DNA of 64,000 nt, from contig CAVUMC010000002.1 in the NCBI GenBank assembly GCA_963742535.1, positions 1,683,146-1,747,145 of the forward strand. The letters run 5' to 3'. Numbering within the stretch: position 1 is the stretch's first letter; each line of letters starts with the position of its first letter. Origin of the DNA: an uncultured Solirubrobacterales bacterium (lineage in GTDB: Bacteria > Actinomycetota > Thermoleophilia > Solirubrobacterales > 70-9). A program made the position numbers and the translations under genes. The notes beneath the pieces were generated by a model that worked only from the letters and a program-made list of their open reading frames with translations, had not been told where the DNA came from and did not search any database. This document shows, piece after piece, positions 30,630 to 40,520 of the stretch.

Positions 30630-31421
30630 ATGTACCCAGAGCTGCACATCGGCCCGCTCACCCTGCAGACCTTTGGGCTGATGTTCGCCCTGGCCTTCCT
30701 TGCTGCTGGGGCATTGATCGGCAAGCGCCTGATCGAGCTCGGCAAGCCGGTCGACTGGGCTTATGAGATGGGCTTCGCGGCGCTGGTCGGTGGCGTCGTC
30801 GGTTCGCGCGTCTACTTCCTCGTGCAGAACTACGACAGCGTCAAGGACGACCTGCTCGGCAACCTCTTCTCCGGCTCCGGTCTGGTCTGGTACGGCGGCG
30901 CGATCGGCGGCGCCCTCGCCGTCCTGCTCTGGGCTTGGTACCGCGATTTCCTCGGCTTCACCCTGCTTGACCTCGCCGCTCCGGCCCTTGCCCTCGGCTA
31001 CGCGATCGGCCGCTGCGGTTGCCAGCTCTCCGGCGACGGCGACTACGGCAAGGCGTGGGATGGACCGTGGGCGATGTCCTACCCCAACGGCACCGTGCCG
31101 ACGGATCACACCGTTCATCCGACGCCGATCTACGAGACGCTGGCGATGGGACTGGGCGCTTGGATTCTCTGGCAGATGCGCGATCGCTTCCGCGCCGGCG
31201 TCCTCTTCGCGATCTACCTGATCTACGCGGGGGCCGAGCGCTTTCTGGTCGAGTTTCTGCGCCGCAACAGCGAGGCGGCCCTCGGCCTGACCACGGCGCA
31301 GCTGGAGAGCTTGGGGATGATGGCCGCGGGGACGATCTGGATCGTCGTCGTTCGGCGCCGACACGGTAGCCTTGCGACCGTGACTTCCACCGATCAGACC
31401 AGACCCGTAGCGGGGTTGTAA
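30630..31421 (+). CDS. lgt: prolipoprotein diacylglyceryl transferase
   Basis: Polytopic, FGLMFALAFL.., WYGGAIGGALA, GRCGCQLSGD, IYE and a C-terminal basic tail. The ATG lies 1 nt after the argF stop. Confidence 0.8.
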   Translation: MYPELHIGPLTLQTFGLMFALAFLAAGALIGKRLIELGKPVDWAYEMGFAALVGGVVGSRVYFLVQNYDSVKDDLLGNLFSGSGLVWYGGAIGGALAVLLWAWYRDFLGFTLLDLAAPALALGYAIGRCGCQLSGDGDYGKAWDGPWAMSYPNGTVPTDHTVHPTPIYETLAMGLGAWILWQMRDRFRAGVLFAIYLIYAGAERFLVEFLRRNSEAALGLTTAQLESLGMMAAGTIWIVVVRRRHGSLATVTSTDQTRPVAGL

Positions 31422-31423
31422 GC

Positions 31424-32275
31424 GTGGAAGCCCAGAGGGAGGACGCGCCGCAGGCGGCGAGCGCCGCTGAGATCGTCAGGCAGGCGACCGAATCGATCGC
31501 CGCCGCCGGCTGCGAGACGCCGGAAGCGGACGCGAAGCGTTTACTGGCCAAGGCGCTGTCGATAAGCGTCGAGGCGTTGGAGCTCGACGGGACGACGAAA
31601 ATCACCCCAGAGGTGCTGGCGGAGGTCGAGGGCTACGTCGCGCGCCGGAGCGAGCGCGAGCCGCTCGAGTACATCCTCGGCAACTGTTCCTTCCGCGAAA
31701 TCGAGTTCGCCGTCGATGAGCGGGTGCTGATCCCGCGCCGCGAGACCGAGCTGCTCGTCGCCGTCGCCGTCGATCTGCCCGAGGGCGCCCGCGTGCACGA
31801 GGTCGGCACCGGCTCCGGGGCGATCTCACTTGCGCTGCTCAGCGAGAGGCCCGATCTGCGAGTCACTGCTTCCGATCTTTCGCCCGAGGCGGCCGAGCAG
31901 GCGCGCGAGAACGCGGCCCGGCTCGGCATCCCACTTGAGGTGACCGTCGGTGCGGGCATTCCCGACCACGTCGAGGAAGTGGATCTGCTGATCGCCAACC
32001 TTCCCTACATCACCAGCACCTCGATCGATCAGCGCTCGCCCGAGATTCGCCGCGAGCCGACGGTCGCCGTGCAAGGTGACCCCAAGGTCGGCGATGCCGG
32101 TGTGGACGGGCTCGACATCATCCGCGGCCTGATCGAGGAAACACCGAGCGGTTGGCGGTTGGCGTTGGAGCACGACACCCATCACGGCCCGACAATGCGG
32201 GCGCTGCTGCGAGAGGCGGAGACGCACACCGACTACCGCGGCGACGAGCGGGTCACGGTCGGCCTAGCGCCATGA
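31424..32275 (+). CDS. prmC: release-factor glutamine N5-methyltransferase
   Basis: EPLEYILG, the SAM motif VHEVGTGSGAISL, and IANLPY, a variant of the NPPY motif. Confidence 0.8.
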   Translation: MEAQREDAPQAASAAEIVRQATESIAAAGCETPEADAKRLLAKALSISVEALELDGTTKITPEVLAEVEGYVARRSEREPLEYILGNCSFREIEFAVDERVLIPRRETELLVAVAVDLPEGARVHEVGTGSGAISLALLSERPDLRVTASDLSPEAAEQARENAARLGIPLEVTVGAGIPDHVEEVDLLIANLPYITSTSIDQRSPEIRREPTVAVQGDPKVGDAGVDGLDIIRGLIEETPSGWRLALEHDTHHGPTMRALLREAETHTDYRGDERVTVGLAP

Positions 32276-33783
32276 ACGACGAGGCGTCTCCGAAGGCTGA
32301 GCCTTCGGAGGGCTCTCCAGAGCAGGTACGCCGAGAAAAGCTCGAGCGACTGCAGTCGGAAGGGATTGATCCCTTCCCTCACGACGGCTTTCCGGACCGC
32401 GACAAGATCGCCGCGATCCGTGCGGCGCATGACCCCGAGCAGCTCGAGGAGGGACAGCAGGCAGGGGTCAGCTACCGGATTGCCGGGCGAGTGGTCGGCC
32501 GTCGCGGCCACGGCAAGACGATCTTTCTCGACATCCGCGACCTGACCGGCTCGATCCAGGCCTACGCTCGGGTCGACGCGATTGGCGAGGAGGCCTTTGG
32601 CCGAATCGATGCCCTCGACATCGGCGACGTTGTTGGGATTGAAGGAGATCTCTACGTGACCAAGCGCGGACAGCTGGCGCTGGCGGTACGCGAGTGCGCG
32701 ATGCTGGGCAAGGCGCTGCGCGATCCGCCCGATCTCTTCCACGGCATCTCCGATCCCGAGGTCCGTTACCGCCAGCGCGAGCTCGATCTGATGGCCAACG
32801 AGCGCTCGCGCGAGATTTTCGCGCTGCGGGCGAAAGTGGTCGCGGCAATCCGCAATTACCTAAATGAGCGCGACTTCGTCGAGCTCGAAACGCCGATCCT
32901 GCAGACCCTCGCCGGTGGTGCCGCGGCGCGCCCGTTCACCACCCACCACCACGCGCTCAACCGCGAACTCTTCCTGCGCACCGCGACCGAGCTCTACTTG
33001 AAGCGGGCGATCGTCGGCGGCTTCGAGAACGTCTACGAGTTGAGTCGGTTCTTCCGCAACGAGGGGATCTCGCCCAAGCACAACCCCGAGTTCACGATGC
33101 TCGAGTGGTTCCTCAGCTGCGCCGGCTACGAGGGCGTGATGACCTTCGCCGAGGAGATGATCTCGACCGTGGTCGAGCAGGTGCTGGGGACGACCGTGGT
33201 CGAGCGTGGCGACAACAAGATCGACTTCAAGGCCCCGTGGAAGCGGATCACCCTCCAGGACGCGATCCGCGAGGAGACCGGTGTCGACATCCTCACCGCC
33301 AGCCGCGAGGAACTGGTCGAGCTTTTAGGAGAAGAGGTCGAGCCCGACACCGACTGGGCCTGGATCGTCGACGGGATCCAGGGCAAGCTGATCGAGCCGA
33401 AGCTGATCCAGCCAACCTTCCTCGTCGACCTGCCGCGCGAACTCTGGCCGACTGTGAAGCCGGTGCCCTCACACCCTGACCTACTGGGCGAGGCGTTCGA
33501 CGGGGTCGTCGACGGAATGGAGATCATCGGCGGCGGCACCGACACCAACGACGCCGACATGCAGCGCGAGAACTTCGTCCGCCAGCGTCAGCGCCGCCAC
33601 CCGGAGAGTGACGAGGCGCCCTATCCGAGCGATGACGAGTTTGTGCGGGCGCTCGAATACGGCTCGTTGCCCGCGGGCGGTTCGGGCATCGGCATCGACC
33701 GCCTAACGATGATCCTGGCGGACGCCGACAACTTGCGCGACGTGATTCTTTTTCCCTCGATGCGCCCGGCCACGGCCGACTAG
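32272..33783 (+). CDS. lysS: lysine-tRNA ligase (class II)
   Basis: OB anticodon-binding domain and class II motifs (FRNEGISPKHNPEFTMLE, GGSGIGIDRL). The Met at 32272 overlaps the prmC stop (ATGA). Confidence 0.95.
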   Translation: MNDEASPKAEPSEGSPEQVRREKLERLQSEGIDPFPHDGFPDRDKIAAIRAAHDPEQLEEGQQAGVSYRIAGRVVGRRGHGKTIFLDIRDLTGSIQAYARVDAIGEEAFGRIDALDIGDVVGIEGDLYVTKRGQLALAVRECAMLGKALRDPPDLFHGISDPEVRYRQRELDLMANERSREIFALRAKVVAAIRNYLNERDFVELETPILQTLAGGAAARPFTTHHHALNRELFLRTATELYLKRAIVGGFENVYELSRFFRNEGISPKHNPEFTMLEWFLSCAGYEGVMTFAEEMISTVVEQVLGTTVVERGDNKIDFKAPWKRITLQDAIREETGVDILTASREELVELLGEEVEPDTDWAWIVDGIQGKLIEPKLIQPTFLVDLPRELWPTVKPVPSHPDLLGEAFDGVVDGMEIIGGGTDTNDADMQRENFVRQRQRRHPESDEAPYPSDDEFVRALEYGSLPAGGSGIGIDRLTMILADADNLRDVILFPSMRPATAD

Positions 33784-34535
33784 AACGCCGAGTGCAAAAG
33801 GCCGCCGTCGATCGGGATGACGGTTCCTGTGATGTAGCTGGCCTTATCCGAGCAGAGGAAGGCGACCAGGTCGCCGTACTCCTCGGGGAGGCCGAGTCGT
33901 CCAGCCGGCACTTCCTGCTTGGCGGCCTCTTCGGCTCCCTCGAGCGAGCCGTTGGCATCGGCTAGGCGTTCAGTGCCGAAGCGGCCGGTGGCGACGGTGT
34001 TGACCGTGATCCCGTCGGCAGCGATCTCGCGCGAGAGTGTCTTGAGGAAGCCGATCGCGGCCATCCGGTGCGAGTTGGAGAGGTTGAGGCCGGGGATCGG
34101 CTCGCGGGTGGAGCTGGAGCCGACGTTGACGATCCGGCCCCAGCCGCGCTCGCGCATCCCGGGCACGACGGCACCGGCGAGCACGCGGGGAGCCAGGACA
34201 AGCGAGCGGTAGGCGCTCTCCCACTCGTCGAGCTCGTGATCCAGGGAGCCGCCGAACAGTGGACCGCCGGTGTTGAGGACGAGGATCTCGATCGGGCCGA
34301 GTGCGGTCTCCACCTCGCCGGGAAGGGCCTCGAGTCGATCGAGGTCGGAAGCGTCAGCCGCGAACGGCGCCGCGCCCGCACCGATTTCCTCCCGCGCTTC
34401 CTCCAGTTTCTCCGCCGAGCGGCTGGCGATCGCGACCTTGGCGCCCTCGTTCGCCAGTGCCGCCGCGATCGCCCGCCCGATCCCGCGACTGGCCCCCATC
34501 ACCAGTGCGACCCGGTTCTCGAGGCCGAGGTTCAC
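33780..34535 (-). CDS. SDR-family oxidoreductase
   Basis: VMGASRGIGRAIA cofactor motif and classical SDR length. Confidence 0.85.
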   Translation of the reverse strand: MNLGLENRVALVMGASRGIGRAIAAALANEGAKVAIASRSAEKLEEAREEIGAGAAPFAADASDLDRLEALPGEVETALGPIEILVLNTGGPLFGGSLDHELDEWESAYRSLVLAPRVLAGAVVPGMRERGWGRIVNVGSSSTREPIPGLNLSNSHRMAAIGFLKTLSREIAADGITVNTVATGRFGTERLADANGSLEGAEEAAKQEVPAGRLGLPEEYGDLVAFLCSDKASYITGTVIPIDGGLLHSAF

Positions 34536-35452
34536 GGAGCCAGCTCGAGGCCGGTTTCGCGCTCAGAGACCTGCCAGAGCTTCTTGATCGCACTGTTCAT
34601 ACCGAGCCGGCGCAGCACCGGCTTGCGCACCGGCGGTCCAGCATTGACCCAGAGCGGCCCGTAGAACTCGCCGCTCTTGGCGCTCGGGTCGGTGGCTGCG
34701 CGCAGTTGTGAGAGCGCGCCTTGGGCGGGGGCCATGCCGATGCTGCGAGCAAGCATGAGGAAGAAGCGCTGAGAGAGGCCGCCGTCGGTCTCCTCGACGC
34801 TGACCGCCTGCAGCTCGGTGTTGGAGAGACCGGGGTGGGCGAGGAGGCTGGCGCTGCTGCTGCCAGCCTGGCGCAGCATCTGGTCCAGGCCGAGGGCGAA
34901 GTGGAAGTTGGCGAGCTTGGCCTGACCGTAGGCCCGCCAGGGCCTGTAGCGACCATCTAGGTGGGGGTTCGCGAGGTCGACCGCGCGGCCCATGTGGTGG
35001 GCGGTGCTCGTCACCGTGACCACACGTGAGGCCGGTGCGCTCAGCAGTGCCGGCAGCAGGCGCGCCGTGAGGGCGTAGTGGCCGAGGTGATCGACGCCGA
35101 ACTGCATCTCGAAGCCGTCGACCGTGCGCCGCTCCGGAATGCCCATCACGCCGGCGTTGTTGACGAGAAGGTCGATCGTCTCGTGTTCGCCGAGGATGCG
35201 CTCGGCTGCTTTCTGCACCGAGTCGAGCGAGCCGAGGTCGAGCTCGACCAGGGTCAGGCGCGCCTCGGGGACGCCGGCGCGGATCTCTTCGATCGCCTCG
35301 GCAGCGCGCTGTTGGTTGCGGGCAGCCATGACGACGTCAGCACCGGCCGCCGCCAGCGCTCGCGCCGTCTCCAGGCCGAGGCCGCCGTTGGCGCCAGTGA
35401 CCACCGCGGTACGACCGCTCTGGTTCGGGATGTCGGCGCGTCCCCAGCTCAT
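34532..35452 (-). CDS. SDR-family oxidoreductase (retinol-dehydrogenase-like)
   Basis: VTGANGGLGLETA, NNAG and YGQAKLAN (YxxxK). Confidence 0.85.
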   Translation of the reverse strand: MSWGRADIPNQSGRTAVVTGANGGLGLETARALAAAGADVVMAARNQQRAAEAIEEIRAGVPEARLTLVELDLGSLDSVQKAAERILGEHETIDLLVNNAGVMGIPERRTVDGFEMQFGVDHLGHYALTARLLPALLSAPASRVVTVTSTAHHMGRAVDLANPHLDGRYRPWRAYGQAKLANFHFALGLDQMLRQAGSSSASLLAHPGLSNTELQAVSVEETDGGLSQRFFLMLARSIGMAPAQGALSQLRAATDPSAKSGEFYGPLWVNAGPPVRKPVLRRLGMNSAIKKLWQVSERETGLELAP

Positions 35453-35477
35453 CCATTGCTCTCTTTTGTGCAGCGTC

Positions 35478-35810
35478 TCATTGCGCTTGCGGCTGATTGA
35501 CCCGGGTGTCGATCGCGCAGAGGTAGGCGAAGAGGCCGGTGGCGATGATTGCTCCCAGCCAGTGCTGGCCGAAAATCACCGCGAGCAGGGCGACGAGGCC
35601 GGCGATGACGGCGCGGACCAAAGTTGCCGGCGGGTCGAGGCCGACGATCCTCGCCGTCAGCCAGGCGCAGCCGATCCACGACAGCGGCCCGACCAGCCAG
35701 CCCCAGCTGACGAAGAAGCCGTGCGCAAAGATCAGCGCAAGCAGGATCGAGAGCAGCGCCACCGCTACCAGCTGCACCACCGCGACCCGCCAGAAGACTT
35801 CGAATCTCAC
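35478..35810 (-). CDS. small polytopic membrane protein, unknown function
   Basis: 110 aa with three or four hydrophobic helices. No recognisable motif. Confidence 0.5.
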   Translation of the reverse strand: MRFEVFWRVAVVQLVAVALLSILLALIFAHGFFVSWGWLVGPLSWIGCAWLTARIVGLDPPATLVRAVIAGLVALLAVIFGQHWLGAIIATGLFAYLCAIDTRVNQPQAQ

Positions 35811-35886
35811 GGCGGGGATTCTTCCACTCGGTCCACCGCGCCACCGATCCGCTCCGTGTGTTCCATAATCAGACCCGATGCGCCCT

Positions 35887-35959
35887 GGGCGGTTAGCTCA
35901 GTTGGGAGAGCACCTGCCTTACAAGCAGGGGGTCACTGGTTCGAGCCCAGTACCGCCCA
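35887..35959 (+). tRNA. tRNA-Val (anticodon TAC)
   Basis: The manual cloverleaf has acceptor GGGCGGT/ACCGCCC, D arm GCTC-AGTTGGGA-GAGC, anticodon arm CCTGC-CTTACAA-GCAGG and T arm ACTGG-TTCGAGC-CCAGT, with discriminator A. CCA is not encoded. Confidence 0.95.
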
Positions 35960-36062
35960 TTGACAAAGGCTTTGACGAAATCGGCGCCGGGTCGAACTTA
36001 ACATCGATTCGTGACACGGTTGTTGTTATCTTGGACGTAGGGAAAACTGGAGGGGGAGGTTT

Positions 36063-36863
36063 ATGAAGAAGAGGATCGCCGTCGTAACGCTGCTCGTGCT
36101 GCTGGTCGCTGCCGCGACGGCTAGCGCGTTCAAAGTCCACCTTGTGATCGGCAATCTGGTGCTCGATGCCGAAGGCGACTTCGCGCCGAAGGCCCTGCCG
36201 AAGTTCAAAAACGCGCCGATCGTCACGCACGGTGGCGGCTCGCTTTCAACTCAGACTGGCGAACTTCCTCCGATCCTCGACAAATTCGTGCTCGAATTCG
36301 ACAAACACGGTGCGCTTGACACCACCGGCCTGCCGGTCTGCACCAAAGGCAAACTCGTCGCCACCGATGTGCCCGCCGCGCGCAAAGCCTGCGGGGGAGC
36401 GATCGTCGGCACCGGCACCGGCACCGCCGTCGTTGCCTTCCCCGAACAGAGACCGATCAAAGTCAGCTCGCCAATCACCCTCTTCAACGGCCCGAAGAAG
36501 GGAGCGGACGACACGATCATCGCCCACGCCCATCTCGACTACCCGGGCCCGACCACCTTCATCGTTCCGATCGTGATCGAAAAAATTCACAAAGGCACGC
36601 TCGGCTATCGCGTCAACGTGAAAATCCCGAAGATCGCCGGCGGCTACGGCCACCCGATCTCCGGCGAGGCCAAAGTCGGCGAGAAATGGACCTTCAAGGG
36701 CAAGCAGCACAGCTATATCAACGCCCGTTGCGAAACCGGCCACTTCCTCGTCCATGGCGAATTCACCTTCAAAGGTGGGCCGGAAGAAACCCAGGGTCAG
36801 GCTGAAGCCAAGAACAGCGTGTTCAAGGCCAACTTCATCCTGCCCTGCAAGGTGCGCGGCTAG
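36063..36863 (+). CDS. secreted protein of unknown function, paralogue A
   Basis: Signal peptide MKKRIAVVTLLVLLVAAATASA. Collinear with the next gene through blocks GELPPILD, FEFDKHG, ATDVPAAR, VAFPEQ, SSPIT.FNGPK, TTFIVP.VIEKIHKG, KIPKIAGGYGHP and HSY.NARCE. A strong GGAGGGGGAGG RBS precedes it. Confidence 0.75.
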   Translation: MKKRIAVVTLLVLLVAAATASAFKVHLVIGNLVLDAEGDFAPKALPKFKNAPIVTHGGGSLSTQTGELPPILDKFVLEFDKHGALDTTGLPVCTKGKLVATDVPAARKACGGAIVGTGTGTAVVAFPEQRPIKVSSPITLFNGPKKGADDTIIAHAHLDYPGPTTFIVPIVIEKIHKGTLGYRVNVKIPKIAGGYGHPISGEAKVGEKWTFKGKQHSYINARCETGHFLVHGEFTFKGGPEETQGQAEAKNSVFKANFILPCKVRG

Positions 36864-36877
36864 GTCGGTAGCCGACG

Positions 36878-37681
36878 ATGCGTAGACGATCCAAGCGGAG
36901 CAGGCTCGCCCTCTTCGGCCTGCTCAGCTTGGTCGTCTTGGTCTTCGCGGCGACCGCCGGCGCTGTGCGCAGCATCGAAAAGGTCCACCTCGAGATCGGT
37001 GACCTGGTGATCGACGGGCGCGGGGGCTTCAAACCCGAACGGCTGCCCATCCACCACGACGCGCCGATCAAGATCTACGGTGGCGGCAAGGTCTCGACTC
37101 ACTCCGGCGAACTGCCTCCGATCCTCGACACGATCGAATTTGAATTCGACAAACACGGCCATGTCGACACGGCCGGGATCGAAGTCTGCACCGCGGGCAA
37201 ACTGCAGGCCACCGACGTTCCAGCCGCCCGCCACGCCTGTCCCAATGCGATCGTCGGCAAGGGCTTCGGCAAGGCGATGGTCGCCTTTCCCGAACAGGCC
37301 CCGTTCCCCGTCTCCTCGCCGATCACCGCCTTCAACGGACCGAAGGTGCGCGGCTTCGATTCGATCCTCTTCCACGCCTACACGACGGTGCCGGTGGCGA
37401 CCACCTTCATCGTCCCCGTGGTGATCGAAAAAATTCACAAGGGCATCTACGGCTACCGGGTCAAAGCGAAGATTCCGAAGATCGCCGGCGGCTACGGCCA
37501 CCCGGTCGAAGGGAGCCTGACGGTCGACCGCAAAACCAAGGTCAAGGGCAAGATGCACAGCTACGTCAATGCCCGCTGCGAACTCGGCCGCTTGCAGGCG
37601 CGGGGCAAATTCGTCTTCAAAGACGGGACCCGCCTGGCCGGAACCTTCTTGCGCCCCTGCAAGAAAATCCCTGGGACTTAA
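36878..37681 (+). CDS. secreted protein of unknown function, paralogue B
   Basis: Same length (267 vs 266 aa) and the same conserved blocks and Cys positions as 36063-36863. It starts 14 nt after that gene. Confidence 0.75.
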   Translation: MRRRSKRSRLALFGLLSLVVLVFAATAGAVRSIEKVHLEIGDLVIDGRGGFKPERLPIHHDAPIKIYGGGKVSTHSGELPPILDTIEFEFDKHGHVDTAGIEVCTAGKLQATDVPAARHACPNAIVGKGFGKAMVAFPEQAPFPVSSPITAFNGPKVRGFDSILFHAYTTVPVATTFIVPVVIEKIHKGIYGYRVKAKIPKIAGGYGHPVEGSLTVDRKTKVKGKMHSYVNARCELGRLQARGKFVFKDGTRLAGTFLRPCKKIPGT

Positions 37682-37962
37682 CGCCTGCGCAGTCGCCGCC
37701 AGAGCGAGGGCGGCCGAGGCTGCGTCCGGCGCCACTCTTCCTCGCTCGGTAGCCGTCCCGCCCGGCGCGCCTCGAGTACGCACTCGGTGTGGGCGTGGCG
37801 ACGACGGCTCTTGTCGCCCTCGGGCGCGATCAGTACATGCTCGCTGAGCGCCGGTAGGTGGTTGCCGCAGAGCGGGCAGCGGTAGGTGGCCGGCTTCAGG
37901 TTCTGCGCCGGCCGCATCGACCACCAGCGAACCGGCTCGCGGTTGGCCGCTTGCGCAGCCAT
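37678..37962 (-). CDS. small Cys/His zinc-ribbon-like protein
   Basis: YRCPLCGNHLP...HAHTEC and an Arg-rich tail. I chose the Met at 37962 so it does not overlap the upstream gene. Confidence 0.5.
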   Translation of the reverse strand: MAAQAANREPVRWWSMRPAQNLKPATYRCPLCGNHLPALSEHVLIAPEGDKSRRRHAHTECVLEARRAGRLPSEEEWRRTQPRPPSLWRRLRRR

Positions 37963-37966
37963 TGCT

Positions 37967-38857
37967 TCAGGCGCCGGCGTGGAGCTGCGGCGTCCGCGTG
38001 CCCCCGCGCTGGCGCTCGGTCTTGCTGACCACATCGAAGAAGACGTCGTTGCGGCCGCGGCGCATTTTGCGCGGGAAGAAGTGGCGTGCCCGGCGGTGCC
38101 CGGCGGTCATCGCGCGGAAGCTGGCCTCGTGGGCGGGGCTCCAGCGGATGCCGAAGATCTCCCGCACGCGCGGCGGCAGCGTGCCCTTGATGATGTGGTT
38201 CTGGACGGCGATGTTGCCTTTCGCCGCCCGCGGCACTGGCTGCTCGAAGGCGACTAGCGGCGCCATCTCCAATCCGTGCGCGGTCGCCTGCAGGTCGGGG
38301 GAGGTGAGCCGTTCGTCCCACCAGGCTTTGAACTCGCGATAGGAAGCGGGGATCTCGCTCGGCGGCAGGCCGAAGAGCTCGCCGAAGCGGACGTAGTCCT
38401 GCCAGAGGTCCTCGCGCTCGCTTTCGCTCAGCGGTCGCACCATCGTCTCGTACATCGCCCGGCCGGAGTCGGCGATCACGGCCAGGGTCCAAAGCATCAG
38501 CTCGGGATCGAAGGCGGAGTAGGCGGTGCCGGTGGGGTGCACCCCGGCTGGCTCGGAGAGCGTGCCCTTGACCCGTTCGTGCAGTCGGTGGACGGCGGCC
38601 AGTGCCTTGTCGGCTTCCGCGCGACTGCCGAGCAGGATCGTCTCCTGGATCTTGGCGGTGCGGGCGAGACGGCGAAAGGGAAAGTCGGCCGCGCGGGTGC
38701 TCTGCATCGTGCCGGTGTAGGTGAGCGGCTCGAGCGCGCCAATCAGCAGCGCCCGCTGCCCGTAGAGCAGGCCGACCGAACGCTCGCCGTGCACCATGCG
38801 GGCGACCGAACGCCCCGGGGGGAAGTAGTGAGAATCCGCTTCGCTTCGGTACGCCAT
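37967..38857 (-). CDS. oxygenase MpaB-family (DUF2236) protein
   Basis: ERSVGLLYGQRALLIGALEP, HRLHERVKG, FDPELMLWTLAV and WQDYVRFGELFG match the DUF2236 pattern as I recall it. Start at Met 38857. Confidence 0.7.
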   Translation of the reverse strand: MAYRSEADSHYFPPGRSVARMVHGERSVGLLYGQRALLIGALEPLTYTGTMQSTRAADFPFRRLARTAKIQETILLGSRAEADKALAAVHRLHERVKGTLSEPAGVHPTGTAYSAFDPELMLWTLAVIADSGRAMYETMVRPLSESEREDLWQDYVRFGELFGLPPSEIPASYREFKAWWDERLTSPDLQATAHGLEMAPLVAFEQPVPRAAKGNIAVQNHIIKGTLPPRVREIFGIRWSPAHEASFRAMTAGHRRARHFFPRKMRRGRNDVFFDVVSKTERQRGGTRTPQLHAGA

Positions 38858-38871
38858 CGCTGCCGGAAATG

Positions 38872-40464
38872 CTACTTCGGCTCGCCGGCCTCCGGGGAAA
38901 GCGCCGCCACGGCGCGCTCCAACATGCCCGACCGCGAGGGAGTGTGCAGTTCGTGCGCGGCGAAGATCTCGTCGAGGTCCTCGCGGGTCAGGGTCTCGCG
39001 CTCGAGCGCATTGACGGCGAGATTGTCGAGGCACTCGCGATTGGCGGCGAGCAGTGAGCGGGCGCGCCGGTGGGCTTCGCGCGCCAGTGTCATCGCGGCG
39101 CGGTCGACGTCGCGGCGGGTTGCGTCGGAGACGGCATAATCCCCGGTCGGCAGCGCGATCGGTGGGGCTCCGTCGGCATCGATTGCCACCCCCATGCCGA
39201 ATTCCGCAGCCATCTGTTTGCAGACGGCGTGCACCCGGGCGAGGTCGTCGACTGCGCCCGAGTAGGAGTTGTCGAACACCTCTTCCTCGGCGGCGCGCCC
39301 GCCGAGCAGGGTGACGACCTCGTCGAGCAGCTCGTCGCGTGACTTGAGGTAGGTGTCCTCCTCGGGCGAGTGGGCGACGAAGCCGAGGGCCGGGCCGCGC
39401 GGGACGATGCTGAGGATCTCCGGCGGGTCGAGGCCGAGCAGGTGGCGGCAGAGCGCGTGGCCGGCCTCGTGGTAGGCAACGATGCGGCGCTCCTTCTGGT
39501 TGAGGCGCCGCGCCTGCTGTGAGCCGACCGACTGGCGCAGCAGCGACTCGTCGAGGTCCTCGCGCGTCATCGCTTTGCGTTCCGCCCGCCCGGCGATGAT
39601 CGCCCCCTCGTTGAGCGCGTTGGCGAGCTGGGCCCCGGTCATCCCGGTCGTCTTGCGCGCCACGTCGGCCAGGTCGAGGCCGGGGTCGAGCGGCTTGCCC
39701 TTGGCGTGCGAGCGCAGGATCGCCTCGCGGCCATTGCGATCAGGCGGTGAGACCAGCACCTGACGGTCAAAGCGACCCGGCCGCAGCAGGGCCTTATCGA
39801 GCTTGTCGACGTGGTTGGAAGCGGCGATGACGATCACGGTGCCGGGATCGCGCTCGAATCCATCGAGCTCGACCAGCAGCTGATTGAGCGCCTGCTCGCG
39901 CTCACTAGAGCCACCATCGCCGCCTCCACCACTGCGCGCTCCACCGACGGCATCGAGCTCGTCGATGAAGATCACGGCGCGCCCGGACTTGCGCGCCTCT
40001 TTAAACAGCCGCCTGATGCGGGCGGCACCCCTCCCGACAAACATCTCTACGAAGCTCGAACCCGAAGCAGCGAAGAAGTCGACGCCGGCCTGCGCGGCGA
40101 CGGCGCGCGCCAGCATCGTCTTGCCGGTCCCCGGTGGACCGAAGAGCAGCACTCCGCGCGGTGGCTTGGCGCCGAGCGCCGAGAAGCGTTTCGGATCCCG
40201 CAGCCACTCGGCGACGTCCATCAGCTCGTCCTTGGCCGCGTCGACGCCCTGGACCTCGTCCCACAGCACCGGCGCCGTCTTGCTCGCCTTCACCGTCTCC
40301 GGCTTGGTCGTGCCCATCGTCGATCGCATTAGGCGGAAGAAGACGAAGAGCAGCAGCGCCATAAAAACGACCCCGAAGACCGGGTACCAGTCGAAGGCGA
40401 ATTGCTGAATTTCGGTAGCCATTCTTAGTACTAACGAGGCAGTGTGGGCGTAAAGCGCGCGCAC
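38872..40464 (-). CDS. FtsH-like AAA+ zinc metalloprotease with a single N-terminal TM segment
   Basis: Walker A GPPGTGKT, Walker B IFIDELD, SRH ..LLRPGRFDR and the M41 zinc site HEAGHAL. There is only one hydrophobic segment and no periplasmic domain before the AAA module. An alternative start is at 40422. Confidence 0.85.
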   Translation of the reverse strand: MRALYAHTASLVLRMATEIQQFAFDWYPVFGVVFMALLLFVFFRLMRSTMGTTKPETVKASKTAPVLWDEVQGVDAAKDELMDVAEWLRDPKRFSALGAKPPRGVLLFGPPGTGKTMLARAVAAQAGVDFFAASGSSFVEMFVGRGAARIRRLFKEARKSGRAVIFIDELDAVGGARSGGGGDGGSSEREQALNQLLVELDGFERDPGTVIVIAASNHVDKLDKALLRPGRFDRQVLVSPPDRNGREAILRSHAKGKPLDPGLDLADVARKTTGMTGAQLANALNEGAIIAGRAERKAMTREDLDESLLRQSVGSQQARRLNQKERRIVAYHEAGHALCRHLLGLDPPEILSIVPRGPALGFVAHSPEEDTYLKSRDELLDEVVTLLGGRAAEEEVFDNSYSGAVDDLARVHAVCKQMAAEFGMGVAIDADGAPPIALPTGDYAVSDATRRDVDRAAMTLAREAHRRARSLLAANRECLDNLAVNALERETLTREDLDEIFAAHELHTPSRSGMLERAVAALSPEAGEPK

Positions 40465-40520
40465 TCCAATCGCATATGCGTCCAGCTCGCGGCTGAGGGC
40501 TAAAGGTCGCGCGCGGGGCG

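Noticed and set aside
28904-30745. Full-length 574-aa (+) and 616-aa (-) ORFs that overlap each other
   Set aside because: Only the 3' part of each is homologous to a known family: OTCase from 29744 on the plus strand, and EEP up to 29725 on the minus strand. The remaining halves are mutual antisense read-through.
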